64,000 nucleotides of DNA. It comes from Podarcis tiliguerta (lineage: Eukaryota). The notes under the pieces were generated by a model, which was not told the origin of the DNA, made no database searches, and worked only from the letters and a program-made list of their open reading frames with translations. The stretch lies in NCBI GenBank assembly GCA_965153285.1, contig OZ229111.1; one strand, 5' to 3'. This document shows, one piece after another, positions 11,706 through 23,179 of this stretch (its first letter is position 1; each line of letters starts with the position of its first letter). The translations under genes were made by a program, and so were the position numbers.

Positions 11706-14700
11706 TATTCTCATATTAAATCCTGCCCTTCCTCCCAAAGGAACCCAGGGCATAGCTATAGGTAATGAGTGTGTAGGTGAGAAAATAGAGGGGGAATTTC
11801 AGCTGCAAGTAGCTGCCTTCCTGCACCATCTCTCATTCCTGCTCTTTTGCCCCCCTGGGGAAACAGATGACGTGGACCTGGAGCTGCGCCTGGCTCGCTT
11901 TGAGCAGCTGATCACACGCCGGCCCTTGCTTCTTAACAGTGTCCTCTTGCGCCAGAATCCTCACAACGTCCACGAGTGGCACAAGCGGGTGAAGCTGTAT
12001 GAAGGCAAACCTCGCGAGGTAAGGAAATCCCCACAGTAGGGATTGCATGAGCAGACCCAGCGCTGGGAACGAGGGAGCTGCTGAACTTTCAGGCTAGCGT
12101 GTTCCCCTTCTATTAAACACTGGGTTGCAGCATCAGTGATGAATGGCGAAGTTTTGGGTATGGAGCTGAATCTGAATACCCTCCAAGGAGTTTCTGCCAC
12201 CCAACATTGGTTGTGTCACTGATGGAAGTGGACACAGCATTTCGTCCACTGGGGCTCCCTCCACCCCAAGCAAATTTCATGAAGTTTCAAAAAGCTTCTG
12301 TCTACTAATGGGTGCTCAGCACACTGGAGTTTCCACGTTTGCTCAGAAGGGCATTCATAGATGGGTACTCATGCCGGTCTAATTAAGCTGCTGCTGGAAG
12401 ACTGACCTGCCACACAGGGCTGAGCTGGAAATAGAGAGCCAGTTATTCCACTTGTCACCATCCAGTGGCCTTCTAGATCTGCTGAGAAGCAGGCTTCTTT
12501 TCCACAATAAAAACTTCATTGGGATTGTACTAGTTGGCACTTCTCACTTCCTCTATGTTGTGCTTCACAGCTACAGCCACCAAACCGTACAGGAAGGAAG
12601 GAACATAGGAACCTGCCAGAGCTCAATCTTATCTTTTCTTCTACCTCTCTCCCTGCTTCCTCCAGATCATCAACACATACACAGAAGCGGTTCAGACTGT
12701 CGACCCCTTTAAAGCCACCGGAAAGACACATACGCTGTGGGTTTCTTTTGCCAAATTCTACGAGGTCAATGGACAGATCGAAGACGTGAGTGATGCATGG
12801 GTTTGGGAGGCTAACGCTGCTCTGTCCTTGCCTTTCAAAATGTTTCCTGCCTTACTTTCCTAGCTGTTGCCCAGAAGCACAACAGACCCTTCACCACAGC
12901 TACCTCACGCTTAACTCCATGCATTTTTGTTACTGTGTTTCATTCTTCTTGTAAATTGATTCAGGAATTTTGGTTGCGGTGAGCGAGTCTTATATTCAGT
13001 CAACCTAACCCAAACTCCGGGAAGCCACCATCCTTGTTGATACAGCATTACTCGGATGACCTGCCCCACCACATAGCCTAGTCCAAGGAGAGGAGATGCT
13101 GAAACTGGGGGCTCTTTCTGGCCCTGCTTTCCCTCTCACCTTGCCTACCTTACTTGTTCCCAGGCCAGAACCATTTTTGAAAAGGCTACCAAGGTCAACT
13201 TCAAGCAAGTGGATGAGCTGGCCAGCGTGTGGTGCGAATATGGCGAGATGGAGCTGCGGCACGAGAACTATGACCAAGCGCTGCGCATCCTGCGGGTGAG
13301 CAGAAGCAAGGCGGCAGGCATCTGATAATCCAGAAGTGTTGCTTTTTGGGTTCCCAGAGGATTACTTCGGAGTTAAGGGTGTATAGTCATGCAGTCAAAA
13401 ACAAGACTGCTTTCTTCTATCCACATCTCCCTGAATGGAGTTGGAGCTCTAGTGGTTAAATCACAGGGAAGCACCATTATTAGCTGAATGGTGCGCTGTG
13501 GCTAAATAATAAAGCAGGAAACCAAGATTTCTTAGCTTTTGTATTTCTAACAATGTGAGGCCACCCAATTTCCTGTCTGCAGAGATAATTTATATCTAAA
13601 GAGTGAGAGAGATACATTCTAAGGGTGGGATTCAACTAAGTTGTTGCAAGCGCAAAGCGAGGTCTGTTCCCACAACAGGATTCCTCTGCGCCCACACACA
13701 CCAAAACAAAATCTGCTCTGGAAGTTAGAGGATCCTCAGAACAGGTTTAGAGGGCACACGGGGAGAAGGGGGGACGTCTTCTTGCTTGAGCAGGCCTTGT
13801 TCCCCATGTGCATACCCCACTTAGTGCTATGTGAATTCTACCCTTAATCATCAGGATGTGCTGCTAGACTTCCATAGGCTTCTCCCACTTTCACCGGCAT
13901 CTGTTTTCTCTTGTTCCTTCAGAAAGCCACAGCCATCCCAGCTAAGAAAGCAGAGTATTTTGATTCCTCAGAACCTGTGCAGAACCGTGTCTACAAGTCC
14001 CTCAAGGTTTGGTCTATGTTGGCTGACCTGGAAGAAAGTCTTGGCACCTTCAAGGTAAGTGGCCTTTCCTGGCCGCCATTGTCTGCCAGAGCCTTCTGGA
14101 GTTGTGGGAAGGGCAAGCGCCGACTTTTCCTGTCTGGAGCAGTCATGGAAGCCTGCCTCATCCAGACAGGAAAAGCATTAGCTTTGGGTTTCTGTTCTTT
14201 TTTCCTATCATGGCACTTCTCTCGGGCTGTTTTTTATAGTATTATTCAATCAGCTTTAATCGCCTTCTGTCCAGAAGTGTCTGAGAACTATCCAAGGAAG
14301 CAAGTACTGTAGGCAGTAAATGTCTCCTTGAACTAGCAGGGAAAGACAGAATAAGGGTCAACATCTGGGAATTAGACTAAAGACAAATTAGAAACCTGGC
14401 TCCAGTTTAGCAAGCAAAAGGATTAACCACTGGGACAAGCTGTGCAGAAAGTGAATGACTTTTTGCCAGTTCAGCAGCCCTCCCAAAACAGTCGTCTTCT
14501 TTTTTTAAAAAAGCTTTAGCTAGGCACAAATGAGGACGAGAGGACGAGATGGTTAGACAGTGTTCTCGAAGCTACAAACATGAATCTGACCAAACTGCGG
14601 GCGGCAGTGGAAGACAGAAGTGCCTGGCGTGCTTTGGTCCATGGGGTCACGAAGAGTCGGACACGACTGAACGACTAAACAACAACAAGGCACAAATGAG

Positions 14701-17700
14701 CTGGTTTTTGAATTGGCATTCCTTGGCTTTTGAGTGGCACAAAATCAGTGGTTAGGTATTCCGTAGACCACTTGGTTTGGTAGCTAATGCTATACTTGGA
14801 GATCTTCTGAACCACCCAAAACGACAGACCCTCACTGTTTCCTAGTCATCTTTAAGCTATTCTAGAGACTGTGCCCTCCTCTCCTCCCCTTTCACCATGG
14901 CTTTGGCTTTGAAATAGTATGATGCTGAGGCATGGAGAGGGGGGCTGTCATGCTCCATCAGCTGCTTCCTGTGCCTGGCTAGAGAGTAGCACTGGGCCCA
15001 GAGAACTGGCTCTGTTACATGGAGTCAGTAGCAGAGCAGCCTTGTACAACTCAAGCCCCTGACTTCCCGTTCCCTGAAGGTTTCCCTGAAACTGTGGGTT
15101 TTGGTACCCATAGCTTCTTTCAGCATATTTATCTGGGCTCTCCTGACTTCTTTCCTGCCTTCAATGTTTCCCCCTTTTATACATGATTATTTCTAGCTAG
15201 CCTTTTAGAAGCGGCTGGGATATTTTTAATGCATTTCCCTTTTCTCTTGGTTTTAATGTATCTATGTGAGGTTTATTGTCTGTTTGGTTACAAGTTGCTG
15301 TGGATTGCCTTGGACAAGATAAAGTAGTTGACAAATTTAATCGATAAATAAAACACTATGTGAAGCACACAGCAGTAGTACACTACATGTGAAGTAGTAC
15401 ACTACATGAGAAGCACAACAGTTCTTGCTCCCTTATTTTCTGACAATCCAACTGGGGCCTACTGATTCCCTTTGACGGTAACAGGGAGCTTGCCTTGAGC
15501 AGCCGTGGGCAGCAGCCCTGCCAGCTCTGCATTAAAAGGCCTGTATTGACCACAGGGACTTGTTTCCTCCCTCCTGATCTCCTCCCTCTATATCTCTGGG
15601 CATAGCTGGGGAAGGGACAGTGACTGAGGGCCCCAAGCTGTCTCTGTAACTCAGCTGTCTCTTTGTGGTTCAGCCTAATATTGAAGTTTCTTTATGTCAC
15701 CACCCCTAGTCTACTAAAGCTGTGTATGACCGCATTCTGGACCTGCGCATTGCCACCCCACAAATCATCATTAACTATGGCCTCTTCCTGGAAGAGCACA
15801 GCTACTTTGAAGAGAGCTTCAAGGTGAGTTGGCCGTATCAATACCTCTGTCTGCTCTCATAGCAGCTGGGGGAGTGGGAAGTTGCCCATCTGGTTGGTTT
15901 GGGAGCCACTGAATTGTAAAAGCTGCCTGCTGCAAGCTGTGGAGCTTGAGAGAGAGGACCTTGGGCTCAAAATATCTACAGTGTGTGGTGTACTTCTTAG
16001 GTAGCAGAGCGGAACTATGCAGATCCTACATCTCTCTAACCTTTGGAAAGATTAGCATGGGGGGTAGGATTCAGCTAATGGGTCCCGTGATTCATTCCTT
16101 GGCATCTCCGGTTTAAAAGACCCTCAGGTAGCAAAGCTGGGAAAAGATTTATCTGTTTTGGAGATATTGGGTTGCTGCTGTCAGCCAGAGCAGATAGTAC
16201 TGGACTGCATATGGTGGTTTTCAATATGGTGGTTTTCATATAGGCAAGAGTATACCAACTAGAAGAAAGCTTTTGCTGTCTTTTTCATACCATTCCTTCT
16301 CTCCGGCAGGCGTATGAGAGGGGCATCTCATTGTTCAAGTGGCCAAACGTGTATGACATTTGGAACACCTATCTTACCAAATTCACCGACCGCTATGGTG
16401 GCAAGAAGTTGGAGCGTGCGCGGGACCTCTTTGAACAGGCTCTAGATGGCTGCCCCCAGAAATACGCTAAAAGTAAGCGGAACTGTGCTGTGTTGCAAGG
16501 GAGCAGAGGCAGTAAAAGCCTGGGGGTGGGAGCTGATAAATAATGGGAAAAGACCAGTCCTGTTTTCCTGGGCAACGGAAGCTGAGATACAGGAAACAGC
16601 AAGGCCAAAGCTAGAGGACTTGCTCCCAAAGCGAGCCATAACCCAGTGGTTGCCATCGTGGTGTTCTCCAGAGGTTGTGGATTGCAGTTCCCATCTGTCT
16701 CAACTAGGCTGGCTTAGCCAGTAGTCTGGGATCATGGGAGTTGTAGTTCAAAACATCTGAATGGCGCCCCCCCAGGGTAGCCAATCTGTTTGAGGCCTGA
16801 TAAGTTCCTGTCCAGCAGGAGCCATTGAGATGGAGAGAACATCTCTGTCACATCCTCTTCAGTGGAAGAGGGCAATCTGAATAATTCTCCCTTGGGCAGT
16901 GCTTATTTAAAACTTTTCCTATGGTATCTGGAGTGTCACAAACGTAGTCCATACAGGGCCAAAATATCTTGGTGAGAAGAGTTGATCCGAAGATTGGGGG
17001 TGGGGGAGGAATGTAGTTTTGCTTTAATTTCTTCTCTTTTCACAGCTATCTACTTGCTGTATGCCAAACTGGAGGAAGAATATGGGCTGGCACGCCATGC
17101 CATGGCTGTGTATGAGAGGGCCACTCAGGCTGTGCAGCCTTCGGAGCAGTATGACATGTACAATATCTACATCAAGAGAGCAGCTGAAATCTATGGGGTC
17201 ACACACACACGTAGCATCTATGAGAAGGCTATTGAGGTTAGTTCCTTTTTTCCAAATAAATAATGCTGTGTTTAAAAGTCCAGGATAAGTCTCTTGCCCT
17301 CGCCTAGAGAGGAAGTAGTCTGCTAGGTAATGGCTGAATGGGGTTGTGTTCCCTTATATGATATGGGGTAAATACAAATACAGCTTCTGTAATCACTATT
17401 ACAACTATGAGGATATTGTGCAATATGCTGTTTTTGCTCTTATTCAGCACAGGTCAAAGTGTTGAGTGCTACCTTTTTATAAAGCCCTATACAGCTTGGG
17501 ACCACTTCCCAGAGATACCTGCTTGTGCCCTGAGTCCACTTCAGAAACAGGGCTGATGGATAGCAGAGAGTGAGCCAGTCCCTTTGATTACGACCCCCAA
17601 CCTTTGGAAGGCTGCCCTCAGGGAGGCTCACTTGGTGTCCACACGAATCTTTGTCATTATGCAACAGGACTGCTAACATCAATTCAACTTGTGTCTTTTT

Positions 17701-18226
17701 CTGCTGCTGTGCTCTTAATGCGTCCCTTTCGGTTTGCAATATGTGTTTGGATGCTTTTGTTTTTAACTCGTTAGCCGTTTTAGAAACATTGATGGTCAGG
17801 GTGCAATTTTAACACGTATCCCCACTGCAGGTGCTGACAGATGAACACGCTCGGGAGATGTGCCTGCGCTTTGCCGACATGGAGTGCAAGCTGGGCGAAA
17901 TAGACCGAGCTCGGGCCATCTATTCCTACTGTTCGCAGATGTGTGATCCCCGAGTAAGTCACCTGGTGGACTCTCCTTTGTGAGAAGTTTCTAATTAAGT
18001 TGGATGGCCATCTGTCAGGGGTTCTTTAGCTGCGATTCCTGCGTTGCAGGGGGTTGGACTAGTTGACCCTTGGGGACCCTTCCAGCGCTACAATTCTATG
18101 ATTCTATTATCTCTTCCACACACTAGAGAACTAGTCATACGTCTGCCTGAGCAAGGCCTTTTAGGACCCAGTGTGGGAAGGTGAGAAAAGCTAGTTCTCC
18201 ATTATGTTCAAGGATAACTCTATCGG

Positions 18227-18257
<31 letters not shown>

Positions 18258-20476
18258 TATTATAACAACTTATTTATCGCAAAGATGCAAGGATTTTAAT
18301 TTCTGGTGCAGAAGATACACTGCACAGGAACAACTCATCTCTGTACACAGACACACCTCCGTGTTGCTTTTCCCATAGCAGAGCTCAGGGGAAAGGCTAG
18401 TGAAGCAGGAAGGAGAAGTTCTGCTTGATCTGTTGAACTTCGCAGTGACTGCCTTCTTTCCCACCCCACCCGTCAAAACACTTTTTCTTCTCTTGCCAGA
18501 CTACTGCCAATTTCTGGCAGACATGGAAGGAATTTGAGATCCGGCATGGGAACGAAGACACTATCCGGGAGATGCTTCGCATTAAACGAAGCGTGCAAGC
18601 GACCTACAACACACAAGTCAACTTCATGGCCTCTCAGATGCTGAAGGTGTACAGCAATGCCACGGGCACAGGTAGGTCTCACCCCCCGCACCCCGCACAG
18701 GTCCCGGCAGAGAGGGGTGTCTGCTGCTACATCTCCTGTTCCATTCTAACCCTTCCTCTGCCCTTCCCTCCTGCTTGTCTTTCGGTTTCAGTGTCTGACC
18801 TGGCACCTGGGCAGAGTGGCATGGATGACATGAAACTGTTAGAGCAGCGGGCGGAGCAGTTGGCAGCTGAAGCGGAGCGAGATCAGCCCCAAGCTAAGGA
18901 GAAGATCCTGTTTGTCAGGTGAGTGTACTGCAGGCCAAGGAGACTTGCTTAACCTCTTCGCTGTAGGTCACCACCCAGCATGCAATACACCAGGGGTCAT
19001 ATTTCAGGTTGGGCAAGAACCAAGCTGTTTGTTGTAAGCTTGGAGAGTTGTAGAAGTAGGGATGGTCGCACGAGCTGCTGCTGGAAATGGGAAAACATGC
19101 AGTGTTCTTGCCTTGAGAAACTAGGCAGTAGACAGAATCTATTTGATGTGCAGTGTACATTACTTTTTATCTTAATGCATGTATGTTCTGGTTAGTTATA
19201 AAAATATTTCCCCCTGGAATTTGGGTAGTAGAAGAGACACAGAAGTATAGCCAGGGCCACAGAAACCACCTTGTGCCTACTGTCTCCACTACTTCAAAGG
19301 GTTTTTTTGTGGTGGTTGGGCGGGGGAAGAGATATTTTTAAACAACTGCTCAGTTTGTCCATCTGCTGTGTTAAAATTCTGTATGTGTCCACATGCACTG
19401 AAGTTGGATAGGTAGTGGAATTCTAGTTCTTATCATGATTAAATTTGTGTCTCTGTTGGGTAGTGGCAGGCACACACTATCAGACCCAAGCTGGGCTTTG
19501 TCGCTACATGATCCTAGAGTCTAAGATCTTGACATTAGACTAAAGCCTGAAACTAACACAAATCAGGTTTAAGAGAGTTTGCATTTCAGGGTAGAGGGAG
19601 GAGTGTAGCAATGGTGTGACATGGTTTAACTTCCATTGGCCCCTTCGCTATGCATTTTTGTTCTGTTTTGCCTTGATGGTTGTTATAGTGAAGCCAAATG
19701 CATTTAATGCATTTACGGTCATGCGGATAGTGAAGCTGTAGAGTTGAGTCAACGCTGCAGGTTCTAATAGTTGGTGTAGCTTATCTAGTGGCTTTCAGTT
19801 GCAGCCTGCAGTGGAGAAGAGACATGTGAACCTGTATAGCCAGCTTGATCTTCTCAGGATGGACCTGTTTCCTGCAGTATAGGCATGGGGCAGTCACTGT
19901 GTGAATAATACTGTGCTGGCTCCTGTACAATTCACCAGTTTCTTGTTCCTTATTTCTAGGAGTGATGCTTCCCGCAGTGAGCTGGCTGAACTCTCCAAAC
20001 AGGCTAATCCTGATGAGATAGACATTGATTTGGATGATGGAGATGAGAGTGAGGATAATGAGCCTGACGGTAAGTAAGAGAGGGTGCTGTATGGTCTAGT
20101 TTCTGAAGCGAATAGGCACAAAGTAGACTAGGGTTTACCAGTAGATCTCCAGGTGATTTGCAACAGCGGCAAGGATTTCTAATATGCCAGGTCTCTAAAA
20201 AGTCTCCACACGTGAAAAAGGGGGATTGCTGAAGATACTTTTGGCAAAACTAAGAGTATATTTTTATGTGAAAAAGAGAGTTCAGCTTAGTTCTGGCACA
20301 AATCAGAAATGGTTGCTAGAATGCTGAGGTTCAACCCAGCAAAGTCATTTCTCTAAGCCTGACATCTGACTGTTCTTGCTCTATATTGATTATCCCAAAT
20401 CTTCTCTCCTACAGAGGTGCAGCTGGAGCAGAAGAGTGTTCCTTCCGCTGTGTTTGGAGGCCTTAAGGATGATTGA
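4704..20476 (+). CDS. XAB2: XAB2/SYF1 pre-mRNA splicing factor (HAT/TPR repeats), complete 19-exon CDS, 2559 nt, 852 aa
   Basis: 19 GT-AG exons join in frame; strong match to recalled human XAB2 ([21 protein letters not shown] ... [13 protein letters not shown]). Confidence 0.97.
5284..5418. mobile_element. hAT-type MITE
   Basis: CAG...CTG termini, internal palindrome, flanks ctttgtaa/ctctataa. Confidence 0.75.
5740..5888 (+). CDS. XAB2: XAB2 exon 2
   Basis: [21 protein letters not shown]...KELPG, 149 nt, AG/GT. Confidence 0.95.
6254..6377 (+). CDS. XAB2: XAB2 exon 3
   Basis: [10 protein letters not shown]...ALVFMHK, 124 nt. Confidence 0.95.
6803..6879. mobile_element. Tc1/pogo-type MITE terminal fragment
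   Basis: Ends in tatacacggaaaaatacggTA, same terminus type as the elements ending at 39880 and 41585. Confidence 0.55.
7293..7490 (+). CDS. XAB2: XAB2 exon 4
   Basis: [11 protein letters not shown]...VYRRYLK, 198 nt. Confidence 0.95.
7968..8140 (+). mobile_element. L2 LINE 3' end fragment
   Basis: Encodes [40 protein letters not shown], a typical L2 ORF2 C-terminus, then T-rich UTR. Confidence 0.75.
8865..8999 (+). CDS. XAB2: XAB2 exon 5
   Basis: [12 protein letters not shown]...GKSNYQ, 135 nt. Confidence 0.95.
9164..9328 (+). CDS. XAB2: XAB2 exon 6
   Basis: [12 protein letters not shown]...SGHFEK, 165 nt. Confidence 0.95.
10326..10778. mobile_element. Non-autonomous hAT DNA transposon (~450 bp)
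   Basis: TIRs cagaggttttcaacc / ggttgaaaactactg; 8-bp TSD atttagcc/atttagct. Confidence 0.8.
11207..11351 (+). CDS. XAB2: XAB2 exon 7
   Basis: [12 protein letters not shown]...MGREEE, 145 nt. Confidence 0.95.
11663..11705. repeat. (AGAC)n microsatellite
   Basis: About 10 perfect units. Confidence 0.95.
11867..12018 (+). CDS. XAB2: XAB2 exon 8
   Basis: [15 protein letters not shown]...EGKPRE, 152 nt. Confidence 0.95.
12666..12785 (+). CDS. XAB2: XAB2 exon 9
   Basis: [15 protein letters not shown]...GQIED, 120 nt. Confidence 0.95.
13164..13295 (+). CDS. XAB2: XAB2 exon 10
   Basis: [13 protein letters not shown]...ALRILR, 132 nt. Confidence 0.95.
13623..13843. mobile_element. Probable PIF/Harbinger-like MITE
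   Basis: Termini gggtgggattca / tgaattctaccc flanked by TAA/TTA; related sequence near 25365-25525 and 42895-43120. Confidence 0.5.
13923..14054 (+). CDS. XAB2: XAB2 exon 11
   Basis: [14 protein letters not shown]...SLGTFK, 132 nt. Confidence 0.95.
14535..14687 (+). mobile_element. 5'-truncated BovB/RTE LINE 3' end
   Basis: GCCTGGCGTGCT..GTCCATGGGGTCACGAAGAGTCGGACACGACTGAACGACT plus (AAC)n tail; perfect 13-bp TSD aggcacaaatgag at 14522-14534 and 14688-14700. Confidence 0.9.
15710..15823 (+). CDS. XAB2: XAB2 exon 12
   Basis: [18 protein letters not shown]...EESFK, 114 nt. Confidence 0.95.
16310..16472 (+). CDS. XAB2: XAB2 exon 13
   Basis: [14 protein letters not shown]...CPQKYAK, 163 nt. 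Confidence 0.95.
17046..17236 (+). CDS. XAB2: XAB2 exon 14
   Basis: [17 protein letters not shown]...YEKAIE, 191 nt. Confidence 0.95.
17831..17953 (+). CDS. XAB2: XAB2 exon 15
   Basis: [14 protein letters not shown]...QMCDPR, 123 nt. Confidence 0.95.
17999..18107 (+). mobile_element. CR1 LINE 3' terminal fragment
   Basis: TTGGATGGCCATCTGTCAG...CCTGCGTTGCAGGGGGTTGGACTAG...CCCTTCCA...ATTCTATGATTCTA octamer tail. Confidence 0.75.
18228..18262. repeat. (TTA)n microsatellite
   Basis: About 10 units. Confidence 0.9.
18500..18671 (+). CDS. XAB2: XAB2 exon 16
   Basis: [21 protein letters not shown]...NATGT, 172 nt. Confidence 0.95.
18792..18918 (+). CDS. XAB2: XAB2 exon 17
   Basis: [14 protein letters not shown]...KILFVR, 127 nt. 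Confidence 0.95.
19960..20069 (+). CDS. XAB2: XAB2 exon 18
   Basis: [36 protein letters not shown], 110 nt. Confidence 0.93.
20415..20476 (+). CDS. XAB2: XAB2 exon 19 (coding part)
   Basis: [20 protein letters not shown] then TGA. Confidence 0.95.
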
Positions 20477-20624
20477 GCGGCTGCAGATGGATGAACTGCT
20501 TTTGAACTAGGGCTACAAGCTGGGTTGGTGTAATTTGTTTGTTTTCCTTGATAGTATCCTTTTCTATTCTGTCACGTTGCTATTTATAAAATCTTTTTAT
20601 CAAATGTCTGGTGTAGGTCTGTAT

Positions 20625-20738
20625 GGGAAACTAGCTCAATTGGTTAGAGCATGGTGTTGGCAACACCAGGGTTGCAGTTTCAATCCCCGTAAGGGACAGC
20701 TACCAATTTGTGCACTGCAAGGGGTTGGACTGGATGAT
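20625..20738 (+). mobile_element. tRNA-Ile-like SINE with CR1-type tail (Squam2/POM-SINE-like)
   Basis: A box TAGCTCAATTGG, degenerate B box GTTTCAATCC, then GCACTGCAAGGGGTTGGACTGGATGA. Confidence 0.75.
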
Positions 20739-20870
20739 TGATCCTCTATGAGAAAGGGGGGGCCACAATGCCAGCTGCTGTATACATGAATAAGTAACCT
20801 GCACTGTCAGCTGCTAGTTCGGCATACTTTTCATTACTGAAACTCTAACTCTCCTAAGCTTAAAAAGTGT

Positions 20871-20876
20871 AATAAA
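20871..20876 (+). terminator. Candidate XAB2 polyadenylation signal
   Basis: First canonical AATAAA after the XAB2 stop. Confidence 0.5.
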
Positions 20877-21623
20877 AGGGGCTTCTTCAATTTATGTCAA
20901 ACACTGCTTTCAGTTCAGTGGCATGTTCAAAACAATGGAGTGCTTAACCCCTGGCTTCCTAATGGAATTTCCTTAACTGTGCTGCTGATAAGAATTCATC
21001 CTCTCTGACTAGCTTAACCGTTGTGACAACAGTTACTTCATAAGAACCTGGCAGCTTAAAACAGACATGTTCATTGTTCCTAAACATCAAGAGCTTATTC
21101 ACATTAAGGAACGGGGGTTAAGCAGTAGTGATGAGGTTGTTACCACATACTTTCCGTGAATGCCAATTTGTCTTTCCTGCTATAGCAGTTTCTCCCAAGT
21201 CCTGTTCTTAAGTATATTCCTGTCCTGCTTGGTCATGCTCATGGGGGAAAGTCCAACAAATAGCTGGGTGGAACAAGGAGAATGACCTTACTTCCTTCTA
21301 CCAACCAGCTGAACACCTACCAAACCTCCACTGCTTTCAAGGAAGCAACGCTTAATTAAACCCAAACAAGGAAACAGCAGCTGGTCACACCCCAGTAGTT
21401 CTAACCCTGCATTAAACATGGAACAAGTCCACAAACATCCGACAAAAAAGGCTTTAAAATGGCTAGACTTCTAGCTTGCCCATGCCTCTGCCCTGCTATC
21501 CAAAACAGCTGAGTAATGGGCACAGGCTGAAGCTGAAGGCAGACACTTGCAACATAAAGCAATTATAGAGAGAAAGGAAAGGCAGTCTTTCAAAACCAGA
21601 GACACAATCTGCCTCCAGTGTCT

Positions 21624-21700
21624 TTTATTCACCCCACTCTGTGTGGAATGGAAGCACACCAAGTAATGACCAGCAAAGAGTTCATTTAAGTTACTTTATT
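21624..21700 (-). terminator. Candidate CAMSAP3 polyadenylation signals
   Basis: AATAAA on minus strand at 21695-21700 and 21624-21629, the latter followed by GU-rich TTGTGTCTCTGGTTTTG. Confidence 0.55.
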
Positions 21701-23179
21701 AAGCAGCCAGGGACGAAGTTCCCACCTGCCCTTTTAATTTTTTTTAACACCAACCCTGCACTATACTGTATCCCCAAACACCTACATGACATTCGGTCAT
21801 CAACAAGCAACCACGAGAGACCTGGAATAAAGTTGAACAAGACAGAACCCCAAGCTGAACAGGACTGGCTTCCCCCAGCTCCCTCCTGCACTCTGCTTTG
21901 AGAGCAGCTGCTACCCCAAAAGAGCAGGAGGCGGAGGAAAAGACCCAGACAGCAAGTGGGCCGGGTAGGGGGTGGGGGAGAAGAGAAAGAAAAGAGGGTA
22001 GAAGCCCCTCAGTGCCCAGGCCTCCTCTGGCTCTTGGGGAGGACAACTGAAGGAGCAGCCTACATTCACTGCCTGCTGCAGCCCAGAGGTGCAGCTCTAA
22101 ACTGGTAAGGAAGGAAGGAAAGAAGAGGCTGGAGCCTGCTCTCTTCCTAGAGCAGGTAGGGGTTTGCTTTTTCCATTTGGCAGCTCAGTTTGGGATCCAC
22201 AGAGGCCTGCTCTGTGACTACAGCAACTCCCAGCTTCCAAATATTTTGAATGAGAATGGCCAGCTGAAGCTTGCCAAATTCACAGGCTCCCTGCCACCCC
22301 CCAGAATGCCTGCTAAAAAGTTATGACATGTAAACAGCCCTTGCCCATCCCTACACCAAATAGCCCTTGTGAACAAGGGAGCAGGGGGAAAAAGCCCAAA
22401 GGGGAAGTGGGGAAGGAAGAAAGACAAAACGCCAAAGGGGGAAACATCCATCCACACACACACACACCTTGTTCTGTGCTACCCTCCCCCCACCATGCCT
22501 ATCTCCATATACAAATTCACCCTGCCCCACTGTTCCAAATGCAATTTGTTCCTTTTTATATACAAATAATTGAAAAATCATTAAATAGCTCCAAGATATA
22601 TATATATATCTATATATATATGTATAAGTATGTATAAATATAAACAGGGGCACCCAGGGAAACAAGAAACCCCGCATAGAACCAAAGAAGGCCTGGGCCC
22701 CGTTCCCCAGGCAAGCAGGAGTCAGAAAGAGAGACCCTTCATTGCTCTGGTGGTGGACCAACATTCAGGTGGTGGCTGGAGGCAGAGAGAGCATGCAGGA
22801 GCCCAGACGAGCGCACACAGGCCGCATGTAGGGCAGTGTCACTATGGCAACTCTGAGCCTCTAGATTATCATGGGATTTGGCAGTTTCCAGAGCATCTGT
22901 CAACAACCCCCCCCCCCAAAAAAAAAGTAGTCTCCTCCTTAGAGCAGGCATCAGAACTATGCACAAGACTCCTGTGTGGCTCTGATCCAGCCAGAGATAA
23001 CGCTGGTCCAGTACAAGATGTAGCCCCCTGCTTAACAGACCCATCTACACAAGCCCCCCATTTGGGAAGGTTATGTGTAGGGTTCCATATATCCAACTTG
23101 GGCTGGCAACCTAACAAGTAGCAGCTCTAAAGTCCAGGCAGAGAAAAGCAGTAGACGGGCTGAGGTTGGAAAGGCCTGG

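Noticed and set aside
4749-20414. Intronic snoRNAs in XAB2
   Set aside because: A few C-box-like words (e.g. ~6462) but no matching D box with terminal stem seen by eye; an Rfam/Infernal scan would be decisive
20625-20697. tRNA-like sequence
   Set aside because: Degenerate B box and stems, CR1-type tail follows; it is a SINE head, as are those near 2794 and 51830
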